Source of the DNA: a virus
Lineage: Duplodnaviria; Heunggongvirae; Uroviricota; Caudoviricetes
Direction: 5' to 3' (one strand)
Length of the DNA: 16,617 nucleotides
IMG/VR virus record: IMGVR_UViG_2563366827_000001
Shown piece by piece: positions 1 to 8,900 of this stretch. Below the pieces are notes generated by a model, which searched no databases, was not told the DNA's origin, and worked only from the letters and a program-made list of their open reading frames with translations. Made by a program: the position numbers and the translations under genes. How positions within the stretch are numbered: the first letter of the stretch is position 1; every line of letters begins with the position of its first letter.

Positions 1-238
1 AAAAGGTTGCTGCTACGATAATGCCTGCGTGGAAAGCTTCTTTCATTCGCTGAAAGTGGAATGTATCCATGGAGAACACTTTATCAGCCGGGAAATAATG
101 CGGGCAACGGTGTTTAATTATATCGAATGTGATTACAATCGGTGGCGGCGGCACAGTTGGTGTGGCGGCCTCAGTCCGGAACAATTTGAAAACAAGAACC
201 TCGCTTAGGCCTGTGTCCATATTACGTGGGTAGGATCA
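1..238 (+). mobile_element. Right end of an IS3-family insertion sequence (most likely IS3 itself), including the terminal inverted repeat ending ...ACGTGGGTAGGATCA at 238
   Basis: The transposase 3' end is followed about 30 bp later by a sequence ending TGTCCATATTACGTGGGTAGGATCA, which matches my recollection of the IS3 right terminus (TGATCC... when read inward). The element boundary is placed at 238. The 3-bp target duplication cannot be checked because the other end is outside the window. Confidence 0.8.
2..208 (+). CDS. IS3 transposase OrfB (InsF-like), C-terminal fragment; 5' end lies outside the window
   Basis: Frame 2 translates without stops to ...[66 protein letters not shown], stop TAG at 206-208. 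This carries the DDE-transposase C-terminal region (the conserved E in a YDNA...ESFF...LK.E context) typical of the IS3 family, and matches my recollection of the IS3 InsF C-terminus. Not in the supplied ORF track because it has no start codon inside the window. Confidence 0.85.
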
Positions 239-548
239 CTCCTCTCCGGAAACCAACTTCCGCCGCCAGTTCAACATCCCGCAACCACCTCAGGCGTTCA
301 GACTACAGTTCTGCCATGTCCCCATATCCCGGCTCGGTGCAAACATTCTGGTTTATCCGTCTAAAAATCCTTAATGTGTAGTGCTGTTGCAACGTCCACT
401 CTTGGCACATAGCAGTCCTAGAGACTGTGGCGTAAAGTCATGGAGGATCGGTGGGAGGAGATGCAAATCCTCCCATACAAAAAATACGTAAAATCGGTAA
501 CGGCTGGAAATCATTCAATACTCGCACTATCGAAAGTTCACCAGCCAA

Positions 549-592
549 CCGCAGCACGTCCTGCATACGTCGTGTCTGCGGTTTTTCTTTTT
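549..592 (+). terminator. Intrinsic-terminator-like hairpin plus T-run, oriented for plus-strand transcripts
   Basis: Stem CCGCAGCACG (549-558) pairs with CGTGTCTGCGG (571-581) with one bulge, followed by TTTTTCTTTTT (582-592). It is the first block of the left copy of the duplicated tfa-3' module. The T-run is on the plus strand, so it would not terminate the minus-strand tfa fragment. Confidence 0.4.
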
Positions 593-595
593 CGC

Positions 596-865
596 TTACA
601 TTGTGTCTGGTTCTTCCGGCCACTCAATATCAGGTGCAGTTGATGTATCAACACGGTTCAGCAACACCCGATATTTATTCCATGCCTCCAGCAACGATCT
701 TTCTTCCTCCGTTGCGATTTCCAGATCTACAGCATCCTGCAGTGGCGCAATATACTCACTGAATTCCTGGATGTAGAACTGTGTGGTGACGGTCTTCCAG
801 CCATTCGGCTCCTGCTGTATCGAAGCATACCAGGCTATTTCAATATCGCTATGCTGCGGCAGCAT
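596..865 (-). pseudogene. Tail fiber assembly protein remnant (5'-truncated tfa homolog, TfaX-like); intact 89-aa ORF
   Basis: The C-terminal 50 residues ([47 protein letters not shown]...) are near-identical to the C-terminus of the full tfa at 1645-2229. The N-terminal part is only weakly similar and the ORF is less than half the length of a normal Tfa. Has ATG at 863-865 with an AAGGGG Shine-Dalgarno 4 nt upstream, so it may still be translated. Confidence 0.55.
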
Positions 866-892
866 TTAACCCCTTGTAATTCATCGCCATAA

Positions 893-921
893 TTGATTTA
901 ATTCACAAATAAAACTATAAC
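893..921 (+). promoter_or_regulatory. Candidate sigma70 promoter for the methyltransferase gene (-35 TTGATT, 17-nt spacer, -10 TATAAC)
   Basis: TTGATT at 893-898 and TATAAC at 916-921 with a 17-nt spacer in an AT-rich stretch. The -10 abuts the first ATG (922), so transcription would start inside or just after it, implying a leaderless or short-leader mRNA that initiates at ATG 934. Pattern match only. Confidence 0.25.
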
Positions 922-1590
922 ATGGTGAAATTAATGAAAAAAAACACAGATGATGGGGCTAAAATTTACACACCACTTACCCTAAAGCTTTATGACTGGT
1001 GGGTTTTGGGAGTATCAAATCGGCTTGCATGGGGATGTCCTACAAAGGAACACCTTCTTCCACACTTTCTGGAACATTTAGGTAACAACCATCTGGATAT
1101 TGGTGTTGGAACTGGGTTTTACCTTACTCACGTACCTGAGAGTAGTCTGATATCTTTAATGGATTTGAACGAAGCTAGCCTGAACGCGGCATCTACAAGG
1201 GCTGGGGAATCAAAAATTAAACATAAAATTAACCATGATGTTTTTGAACCTTATCCCGCGGCGTTACATGGTCAATTTGATTCCATTTCCATGTTTTACC
1301 TTCTTCACTGTCTGCCTGGAAATATATCTACAAAAAGCTGTGTAATACGCAATGCGGCGCAGACCTTAACTGACGATGGAACTCTATACGGAGCCACAAT
1401 TCTTGGCGATGGAGTTGTGCACAATAGCTTCGGTCAAAAACTGATGCGCATTTACAATCAGAAAGGCATCTTTTCAAACACAAAAGATTCCGAAGAAGGC
1501 TTAACACATATACTCTCAGAGCATTTCGAGAATGTTAAAACCAAGGTTCAAGGTACTGTAGTAATGTTTTCCGCTTCAGGGAAAAAATAG
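922..1590 (+). CDS. Putative class I SAM-dependent methyltransferase (phage moron; resembles the ybcY-type gene of DLP12-like prophages)
   Basis: 222-aa ORF, visibly AT-richer than the flanking phage genes. Contains Rossmann motif I LDIGVGTGFY, an acidic end-of-beta2 residue (ISLMDLNE) and motif II/III-like FDSISMFYLLHCLP. No DPPY/NPPY or PCQ/ENV motifs, so not an obvious DNA methyltransferase. No Shine-Dalgarno before ATG 922; a second in-frame ATG is at 934. Confidence 0.75.
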   Translation: MVKLMKKNTDDGAKIYTPLTLKLYDWWVLGVSNRLAWGCPTKEHLLPHFLEHLGNNHLDIGVGTGFYLTHVPESSLISLMDLNEASLNAASTRAGESKIKHKINHDVFEPYPAALHGQFDSISMFYLLHCLPGNISTKSCVIRNAAQTLTDDGTLYGATILGDGVVHNSFGQKLMRIYNQKGIFSNTKDSEEGLTHILSEHFENVKTKVQGTVVMFSASGKK

Positions 1591-1597
1591 CATCCAA

Positions 1598-1630
1598 CCG
1601 CAGCACGTTCTTGCTTAAGACGTGCTGCGG
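1598..1630. terminator. Perfect 11-bp hairpin between the convergent methyltransferase and tfa genes (possible bidirectional terminator or structured element)
   Basis: CCGCAGCACGT (1598-1608) and ACGTGCTGCGG (1620-1630) form a perfect stem with an 11-nt loop, starting 8 nt after the methyltransferase stop and ending 15 nt before the tfa stop. No canonical T-run directly follows on either strand (the minus strand has TTTTTT about 10 nt away). It is the first block of the right copy of the duplicated module. Confidence 0.4.
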
Positions 1631-1644
1631 CATAATCCCAATGA

Positions 1645-2229
1645 TTACTCCCTGACAGGGTTCGTAGGCCACTCAATATCAGGTGCAGTTGATGTATCAA
1701 CACGGTTCAGCAACACCCGATACTTTTTCCAGGCTTCCAGCAATGAGGTTTCTTCCTCCGTTGCGATTTCCAGATCTACAGCATCCTGAAGTGGCGCAAT
1801 ATGCTCACTGGCTACCTGCATCAGGCTGTTTTTTGTTTCTTCCGCCTCCCGGATCCGGAACAGTTTTTCTGCTTCTGCATCTTTCACCCAGGCTGTGCCG
1901 TTCCACTTCTGAAACTCCCCTTCCGGCGATAACCAGGTAACATTTTCCGGTAACGGACCGAGTTCAGAAATAAATAACTCGTCCCCTGACGCTACGTCAT
2001 AAACCGTTTTACCCCGATGGTCTTCAACGAGATGCCACGATGCCTCATCACTGTTGAAAACAGCCACAAAGCCAGCAGGAATATCTGGTGGTGCAATATC
2101 GGTACTGTTTGCTGGCAGACCTGTATGAGGCGGAATATATGCGTCACCTTCACCAATAAATTCATTAGTTCCGGCCAGCAGATTATAAATTTTTATGGTC
2201 CGTGCTTGTTCACTCATTCTGAATGCCAT
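1645..2229 (-). CDS. tfa: Tail fiber assembly protein Tfa (lambda orf-194 type)
   Basis: 194-aa product [51 protein letters not shown]... matches lambda Tfa in length and sequence as I recall it. Its ATG overlaps the stf stop (TAATG), indicating translational coupling. Confidence 0.9.
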   Translation of the reverse strand: MAFRMSEQARTIKIYNLLAGTNEFIGEGDAYIPPHTGLPANSTDIAPPDIPAGFVAVFNSDEASWHLVEDHRGKTVYDVASGDELFISELGPLPENVTWLSPEGEFQKWNGTAWVKDAEAEKLFRIREAEETKNSLMQVASEHIAPLQDAVDLEIATEEETSLLEAWKKYRVLLNRVDTSTAPDIEWPTNPVRE

Positions 2230-5189
2230 TATGCAAGCCTCACAATATAGTTAAATGCGATGTTTTTGACGGTGTTTTCCGCGTTACCAGCAGCGTTAAC
2301 GGTGATGGTGTGTCCATGTGAGCCAATCGCAACGGAGTGCGTATGAGCACCAATACCGACAGTATGTGCGTGTGCACCTGCGCTTGCAGCAGTGCCGGAC
2401 AGTGAGTGGGTATGCGCGCCAGCAGAGTTCGTATTCGCCATCGTGCCAATGCCCAGACCAACCGCCCCTTGTACCTGGTATGAGTTACTTCCGACAGCTG
2501 TAGAACCATACTGATAGGTGTCTTTAAAAGTGCTTGTATTAAACCTGCGACCATCAACGTGCGAGTGTGCTCCGGCCGAGCTTGTAGAGCCGCTCAGACT
2601 GTGCGTATGAGCCCCGGTGTTATTCGTGGATTTAGTGCCGTAATCAAACGACGATGTGGTTTTCGTCCCCAAATCCGTACTGGATGCGCTGGCGCTGTGG
2701 GTGTGCGATTTAATGCCGTCCTGTTCCTGAGACAATACGGCACGACCACTGGCGGGTTTGCCCTTAATCGTCCAGCCACGCATATCAGGGATCACGCCTG
2801 ACGGATAAGCGGCTGCAAGTTTCGGGTATGCAGATTTGTCAAAAGTCTGCCCCTGCATCAGGGCATAGCCAGACGGAACGGTATCTGATGGCCACGGGAT
2901 TGGTGCGCCAGGCGGATAAAACTGCTCTGATGGCGTATAGAGTGAATAAACTGTACCGTCCGTTAACCCTTCCGGCTTATTAGCAGAATATGCTGGTGAC
3001 GTATGAATCGTCACGCTGGCATTACTGGTATAATCCCATTGAATATTTACACCAGTCGCATAATTTCCGATTGCAACGTAAATATCGTAAGTATCACCAG
3101 ATGTATTGACCCAGGCAAAATTTGTAAACCCTGTCGATGTGCGCTGCCATAAAGCACCAGTAATCCCCTTCGGATTACCATTACCTGCACGCAAAACAAG
3201 TTCAGATATACCTGCCTGTTGAGGTGACCCCACGTTAAATCCCGCGCCACCAATCAACGTAATTGAAACAACAGAACTCGCCTGTGGCATGGTTACCGTT
3301 GCTAATTTGAACCAACCAGCACCACCGCTGAATGACATTGTTGTTGAGTTAAGCGTACCAATATCTTTCGGCGTCAGTGTTATATCCGCTGAAAGCGCCT
3401 TACCATTCACCTTACGGGCAGAAGGTACCCGACCATTCGCATTATCATTAGCTGCTTTCACTGCTTTCGGTGTCGCGGCAAGCGTTTCAGATGCGCTGTT
3501 GGTTGCACTACTGAGCTGGACAATTCCTTTTTGTGCTGTCGTAGCGTCCTGAGCGGTATATTTCCCGTTAGCAAGGTCATAGGCTGCCTTTACCGACTTT
3601 GGCGTTGCCGCCAGCATTTCAGATGTGCTGTTGGTCGCGCTGCTGAGCTGAACGATCCCTTTCTGTGCTGTCGTTGCATCCTGTGCGGTGTATTTCCCGT
3701 TAGCCAGGTCATACGCGGCCTTAACTGCTTTTGGCGTTGCCGCCAGTGACTCGGAAGTGCTGTTAGTCGCACTGCTGAGCTGTACTATCCCCTTTTTCGT
3801 CGTGCTCGCATCCTCAAGCGCCACGGCGGATGCAATATCCTCTGCCCGTTTAGCTGCTGTCTCGGCGCGCGTTGCCGCGGATTCCGCCGTACTTTTGCTC
3901 TGAGCTGCCGCCGTCGCACTGCCAGCTGCCTCTGTCGCCTTCGTGGATGCCGTCGTGGCGCTGCTCTTCGCTGCTGACGCCTGTCTGGTCGCCTCATCTT
4001 TTGAAGCAGACGCCGATGATGCCGATGACGCCGCCGAACTGGCTGACGATGCGGCAGCCGTTTTTGAGGATTCTGCGCTGGTTTCCGACGCTTTCGCGTT
4101 CGTTTCGGATGTCTTCGCTGCGGAAGCAGAACTCGCTGCTGCGCTGGCCTGTTCAGTGGCTTCGCCAGCCTTCGTTGTGGCTGTTGAAGCGGATGATGCG
4201 GCGCTTTCTGCCGATTTTCCGGCGGCGGTGGCACTGGCTGAGGCCTGCCCGGCACTTGTTGACGCGGCACTGGCAGACGACGCAGCCGCTGTTTTTGAGC
4301 CTGCCGCAGCTGAGGCGCTCTGTCCCGCTGCCGTCTCAGAAGACTTAGCGTTCGTCTCGGACGTTTTTGCCGCCTTCGCGGAATTTCCTGCCGCCGTTGC
4401 CGAGGAAGCGGCACTACTGGCGCTTGATGATGCGTTCGTTTCTGATGATTTTGCCGCTTCTTTTGAAGCCGACGCATCCCGGGCTGAGGTGGCAGCTTCT
4501 GACGCTTTCGTGGTCGCGGTGGATGCAGAAGTGGCTGCTGATTGTTGTGACGCTGCCGCATTCGTTTCTGACGTTTTCGCCGCAGCGGCACTGGTGGCCG
4601 CCGCGCTTTTTGAGGACTCTGCAGCGGCAGCACTTTTTTCCGCTTCAGTGGCCTTTGTTGATGCCGTTCCTGCGCTGGAAGACGCTGACTGAGCCGACGA
4701 CGCGGCCTGTCCGGCTGACGTGCTGGCTGCGCGTGCTGAGCCTGCAGCATCAGTCGCATGGGTTGCCGCCTCACGGGCTGATGTGCTGGCATCGCTGGCT
4801 GACTTCTTCGCGGCTGCCGTGTTCTGTGCCACCGCGGACGCGTTACGCGCCACCTCTTCCACCATCAGTTCAAAACGGCGCAGTGCCTCAGGACGGGCAT
4901 CATCCTCCGTCATGGCACCGAGAAAATCATTCAGCGTACCGGGTCGGGAATCTTCATACACGGTGATGGTCCCGGCATGTGACGGCGGGAAGCCTTCCAC
5001 CAACAGAATAACGCTGTACTGACCGTACTCAACGTCCATGCTGTAACGCCCGGCTTCATCCGGATTTTCTGAGGCCAGCGTGTTCACCACCACCGTGGTA
5101 CTGTTACGTTTTGCTTTCAGCTGGATTGTGCAGTTCTGTACCGGTTTTCCTGTGCCGTCTTTCAGTACACCTGAAATCTTTACTGCCAT
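2229..5189 (-). CDS. stf: Side tail fiber protein Stf (long lambda-Stf-like variant, about 986 aa)
   Basis: N-terminus [26 protein letters not shown]... matches the lambda Stf N-terminus. Followed by a long Ala/Ser/Thr-rich low-complexity region, three tandem repeats of about 44 aa ([42 protein letters not shown]), and a C-terminal tip with GAHTHSLSG / [31 protein letters not shown] HxH repeats ending [11 protein letters not shown]. The track ORF begins at GTG 5195; I place the start at ATG 5187-5189. Confidence 0.9.
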   Translation of the reverse strand: MAVKISGVLKDGTGKPVQNCTIQLKAKRNSTTVVVNTLASENPDEAGRYSMDVEYGQYSVILLVEGFPPSHAGTITVYEDSRPGTLNDFLGAMTEDDARPEALRRFELMVEEVARNASAVAQNTAAAKKSASDASTSAREAATHATDAAGSARAASTSAGQAASSAQSASSSAGTASTKATEAEKSAAAAESSKSAAATSAAAAKTSETNAAASQQSAATSASTATTKASEAATSARDASASKEAAKSSETNASSSASSAASSATAAGNSAKAAKTSETNAKSSETAAGQSASAAAGSKTAAASSASAASTSAGQASASATAAGKSAESAASSASTATTKAGEATEQASAAASSASAAKTSETNAKASETSAESSKTAAASSASSAASSASSASASKDEATRQASAAKSSATTASTKATEAAGSATAAAQSKSTAESAATRAETAAKRAEDIASAVALEDASTTKKGIVQLSSATNSTSESLAATPKAVKAAYDLANGKYTAQDATTAQKGIVQLSSATNSTSEMLAATPKSVKAAYDLANGKYTAQDATTAQKGIVQLSSATNSASETLAATPKAVKAANDNANGRVPSARKVNGKALSADITLTPKDIGTLNSTTMSFSGGAGWFKLATVTMPQASSVVSITLIGGAGFNVGSPQQAGISELVLRAGNGNPKGITGALWQRTSTGFTNFAWVNTSGDTYDIYVAIGNYATGVNIQWDYTSNASVTIHTSPAYSANKPEGLTDGTVYSLYTPSEQFYPPGAPIPWPSDTVPSGYALMQGQTFDKSAYPKLAAAYPSGVIPDMRGWTIKGKPASGRAVLSQEQDGIKSHTHSASASSTDLGTKTTSSFDYGTKSTNNTGAHTHSLSGSTSSAGAHSHVDGRRFNTSTFKDTYQYGSTAVGSNSYQVQGAVGLGIGTMANTNSAGAHTHSLSGTAASAGAHAHTVGIGAHTHSVAIGSHGHTITVNAAGNAENTVKNIAFNYIVRLA
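3430..3800 (-). repeat. Three tandem repeats of about 130 bp inside stf (coding for the 44-aa tail-fiber repeat)
   Basis: Near-identical DNA blocks such as GTATTTCCCGTTAGC.AGGTCATA.GC.GCCTT.ACTG.TTTTGGCGTTGCCGCCAG recur three times, corresponding to the [15 protein letters not shown]... protein repeats. In-frame and coding, not a CRISPR array. Confidence 0.7.
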
Positions 5190-5200
5190 ATTCACCCCAC

Positions 5201-5226
5201 AAAAAAGCCCGCCTGAACCGGCGGGC
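5201..5226 (-). terminator. Rho-independent terminator downstream of lom
   Basis: On the minus strand, GCCCGCC-GGTTCA-GGCGGGC hairpin followed by TTTTTT. Lies between the lom stop (5254) and the stf start (5189). Confidence 0.6.
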
Positions 5227-5253
5227 TGTCATAACACTGTGTTACCTGGCTAA

Positions 5254-5853
5254 TCAGAATTTATAACCGACACCCACGATGAAACCGTCAGTGCGCCAGT
5301 CGCCACTGCCGGAGCCTTCATAAGCAATATCAATGGCCACGGATTCGGTCGGGTTAAACTGCACGCCAGCTCCCCACGCCAGAGACGTGTTGCTGTGGCG
5401 ACCGTCATCACTTCCGGTCAGCACGTCGTGCGTTTTCCCCTTGTTGTCAGTTACGCGGAGATAATCCCCGGAGAAAGTCGACACACGGCTGTAAGACACA
5501 CCCGCCATCGCATACGCGCTGAACCATTCATTCACGCGCACAGACGGCCCCGCCATCACGCTGAACCAGCGGTTACGCACGGAATCTTCATGCCAGCGGA
5601 TATCGCTGTAACGGGTAAGCTGGCGATTCTTGTCTCCTGCATAGCTGAATGACGTCACCAGCCCCAGTGTGTCCGTAAACTCATAACGGTATTTCACGTT
5701 AATCCCGTTCAGATCATCGCTGCCGGGAACGTTCGTCGAGGCATGAAGATACCCCGCGCTCAGCGTGGACTGATGTTCAGATGCCCATGCAGACGCACCG
5801 GATACGGCCAGACAAATAGCTGCGGACAAAATGGCTGCATAAAGTTTACGCAT
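5254..5853 (-). CDS. lom: Lom outer-membrane protein (Ail/OmpX/PagC family moron)
   Basis: 199-aa product with an N-terminal signal peptide ([24 protein letters not shown]) and a beta-barrel-like alternating pattern ending ...[10 protein letters not shown] (C-terminal aromatic residue). Sits between J and stf as in lambda, flanked by terminators. Confidence 0.9.
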   Translation of the reverse strand: MRKLYAAILSAAICLAVSGASAWASEHQSTLSAGYLHASTNVPGSDDLNGINVKYRYEFTDTLGLVTSFSYAGDKNRQLTRYSDIRWHEDSVRNRWFSVMAGPSVRVNEWFSAYAMAGVSYSRVSTFSGDYLRVTDNKGKTHDVLTGSDDGRHSNTSLAWGAGVQFNPTESVAIDIAYEGSGSGDWRTDGFIVGVGYKF

Positions 5854-5875
5854 AATTACCTCTCGCTTTTCTGCA

Positions 5876-5901
5876 ATAAAAAAGGCGTCATTCCTGACGC
5901 C
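5876..5901 (-). terminator. Rho-independent terminator downstream of J
   Basis: On the minus strand, GGCGTCA-GGAA-TGACGCC hairpin followed by TTTTTTATT, 22 nt after the J stop. Confidence 0.6.
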
Positions 5902-5923
5902 CTTTATTGGGGTTATAAATATT

Positions 5924-8900
5924 TCAACGAATACTGATACCGGAAGCCGCTTTTTTGGTCACAATCACCGTACAGTCGGTGATATTCCCTGCCCCCTGAT
6001 TGCCTTTCTGGAAAATCTTAAACTCCAGAGTGACGCTACCACCACCACTAGGCATATCAATAACTGCACTGTAACTACCGGGAATGGCCCCTTTAGTTTC
6101 TCTGGATGCGATTAATACACCGTTTTTGCGAACTTCAAAACCATAACCCGTGTATCTTGTACCTCCCGGGTTATTACCACTTCCCGGATCGCTATACGCT
6201 ATTCCGTTAAAGATAATGGGCGGAATAATGATTTGACGGTCAAAGTTATGATCATCGCTGATGGTGACTGTAACCGTCCCGTTTGGTGTTTCCGTATTAC
6301 CCCACGTACCAGCCTGTTTCGGGAATGATTTGGATACAGCTTTAACGAAGTCACCTCTGACCTGAGTCGCCTCCAGCATGCCCTTAATCGTACAGTTTTC
6401 ATTTACCGTGACATTGTTGAGCGTCCCGGCGTTCGCATTCACTCTGCCACTGATATCCGCATTTTTAGCGGTCAGCTTTCCGTCTGATGTCAGGGAAAAT
6501 ACCGGAGGACTGCCACCGCTGGTAATGGTGGGGGCTGTCAGGCGCTTCAGGAACACGTCGTTCATGAATATCTGGTTGCCCTGCGCCACAAACATCGGCG
6601 TTTCATTCCCGTTTGCCGGGTCAATAAACGCGATACGGTTAGCGGCAACCAGAAACTGGCTCAGCTTGCCTTCCTCCGTGTCCTCCATGCTGAGGCCAAT
6701 ACCCGCGACATAATGTTTGCCGTCTTTGGTCTGCTCAATTTTGACGCCCCACATGGCATTCCATTTATCGTTAGCGTCCTTCCACTCTTTCGAAAACTCA
6801 TCCAGTCTGCTGGCGTTATCCTCCGTCAAATCAACTTTTTCCAGCAGCTCTTTACCGAGATGGGATTCGGTTATCTTGCCTTTGAAAAAATCCAGGTAAC
6901 CTTCCGCATCATCGCTCGCCCGACCGACGCCCTCCACGAATGCCGATTTGCCAACGGTGTTCACACTGCGGATATAAAAGTAATAATCATGGCCCGGTTT
7001 GATATTGATACTGGCGGCTATCCAGTACAGCGCCGTACCAAGATAGCGGGCTGTGGTTTCAACCTGCCTGATATCGGTAATCCGCTTTTCCGAGAACCAG
7101 AACTCAAACTGTACCGTCGGGTCATAAACGGCAAGATGCGGCGTGGCGGTTATCTGAAAATAGCCCGGCGTCAGCTCAATCCTCGACGGTGCTGCCGGTG
7201 CGGCAATCCGGAACGATACCGACGCCGGATCGCCCTGCTGCCCCCACGCATTTACCGCCCGGACTGTCAGCCTGTAGTTCCCCAGCGCCAGTTGCGTGAA
7301 GCGGTATGTGGTTTCCGTCGTCCGGGCCGTGCTGACCAGCCGCTCACTGCCGTCATCCGCTGTTACGGTCAGACGGAGCAGGAAGCTCACGCCCTTCACC
7401 ACCTTCGGCGTGTCCCAGCGCGCCAGCACCTGATATTCCCCGCTGTCTGCGGTGACTTCGGCGGTCAGGTGCTGCACCGCTGGCGGCGTGACACCATTCA
7501 CCGTGCCGCTCTGGTCGCCGTCAAAGTGCGCCCCGTTATCCACGATGGCTTCTTTTTCCGGTACATGCTGCACGGCAGTGATGGCATACGTGCCGTCATC
7601 GTTATCACGGATACTCACACAGCGGAACAGGCGCTGACGCAACGTCGGCAACTTCAGCCCCCACACACTGTATTCTGCAACGCCGTCAGGAACCCGGTTC
7701 ACTTTCACCTTAAGTCCGTCGGTGACGGACTGAACCTCCACGCTGACCGGATTACCACTTCCGTCAACCAGGCTTATCAGCGTGGTACCGGAGGATGGCA
7801 GCGTGATTTCACGGTCGAGCGTCAGCGTCCGGGTCTGGCTGTTCACCGCCAGCACGCGACCACCGGTGCTGATACCGGCATAGTCATCATCGAAGATTTC
7901 AATAACATCGCCCGGTACATGGCGAAGCCCTTCAGCACCCACGCTGAAATCCACGGTCTGCGTCTCCAGCAGTTCCGTTTTAATCAGCCACAGCCCGGCG
8001 CGGTGTGCCTGCCCCCGGCTGGTACAGCCAAAGGCATCCATCTTCGTGACATTACGACCGTAACGGGCAATGGCCTGCGTATCTTCAACAAGCTCTGTCG
8101 CCGTCTCCCAGCCGTTGTTCGGGTCAATCCAGTTCACCTCAACGGCATTATGGCGGTCCTTCAGGGCGCTGAAGCTGTAGCGGAACGGCGCGCCATCATC
8201 CGGCATCACCACATTACTGCGGTTATAGGTCCACACCTTATCTGATGGTCGGTCCTGCACGAACGTCAGCGTCTGCCCGTTCCATACCGGCATACAGCGC
8301 ATCGCCGAGCAGAAATCACTGAGCACATCCCACGCCTTGCGCTGTGTGGTCAGGTATGCATTACAGGTGATGCGCGGCTCCGTGCCGCCAAAGCCGTCCG
8401 GTACTGACTGGTCGCAGTACTGGCCGATGACATACAGCGCCCATTTGTCCACATCCGCCGCACCAAGACGTTTCCCCATGCCGTAGCGTGGATGGGTCAG
8501 CATATCCCACAGACACCAGGCCATGTTGTTGCTGTATGCCGGTTTAAACGTTCCGTCCCAGATACCGCTGTATTGCCGCGTCTGCGGGTTATAATTCGAC
8601 GGCACCTGCAGAATACGCCCGCGCAGATGATAATTACGGCTCACCTGCTGGCTGCCGAACTGCTCCGAGTCCACCTGCACGCCGACCAGTGCCGTGTTCG
8701 GGTAGCACTGTTTCACATCGATAATTTCGGTGTATGACGACCAGAGCGTTTTGTTCTGCAGCTGGTCTGTGGTGCTGTCCGGCGTCATCCTGCGCATCCG
8801 GATATTAAACGGGCGCGGCGGCAGGTTATCCACCACCACCGAGGCCAGATACTGCGAGGTGGTTTTGCCCTTAATGGTGATGTCTTTTTCCGTCACCCAG

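Noticed and set aside
440-762. Plus-strand ORFs 440-643 and 451-762
   Set aside because: They read through the terminator hairpin and antisense through the tfa fragment, and the translations are not protein-like.
922-1590. Anti-restriction DNA methyltransferase or NleE/OspZ-type type III effector methyltransferase
   Set aside because: No DPPY/NPPY or PCQ/ENV catalytic motifs for a DNA methyltransferase. The classical Rossmann GxGxG motif argues against the NleE/OspZ family, which as far as I recall lacks it. The substrate remains unknown.
546-2229. Invertible tail-fiber shufflon (Gin/Cin/Pin-type) suggested by the duplicated tfa sequences
   Set aside because: The two tfa copies are in direct, not inverted, orientation, and no invertase gene or inverted crossover sites were seen in the window.
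3430-3800. Tandem direct repeats that could be mistaken for a CRISPR array or a VNTR
   Set aside because: The repeats are about 130 bp, in frame, and encode the conserved 44-aa tail-fiber repeat within stf. There are no short repeat/spacer units and no cas genes.
3785-4792. 335-aa Arg/Gln/Pro-rich minus-strand ORF and 249-aa Ala/Asp-rich plus-strand ORF (3943-4692) inside stf
   Set aside because: These are alternative-frame and antisense readings of the repetitive Ala/Ser-rich stf shaft region. The composition is an artefact of the GCN-rich repeats.
5187-5195. Stf start at GTG 5193-5195 as given by the ORF track
   Set aside because: The ATG two codons downstream (5187-5189) gives the [10 protein letters not shown]-terminus that matches lambda Stf, so the ATG is the more likely start.
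6713-8245. 510-aa plus-strand ORF, and the other plus-strand ORFs at 6378-6713 and 8492-9353
   Set aside because: They lie entirely antisense to J, which is strongly supported by homology. The products are Arg/Pro/Gly-rich low-complexity sequences typical of stop-poor antisense frames in GC-rich coding DNA, and there are no ribosome-binding sites.
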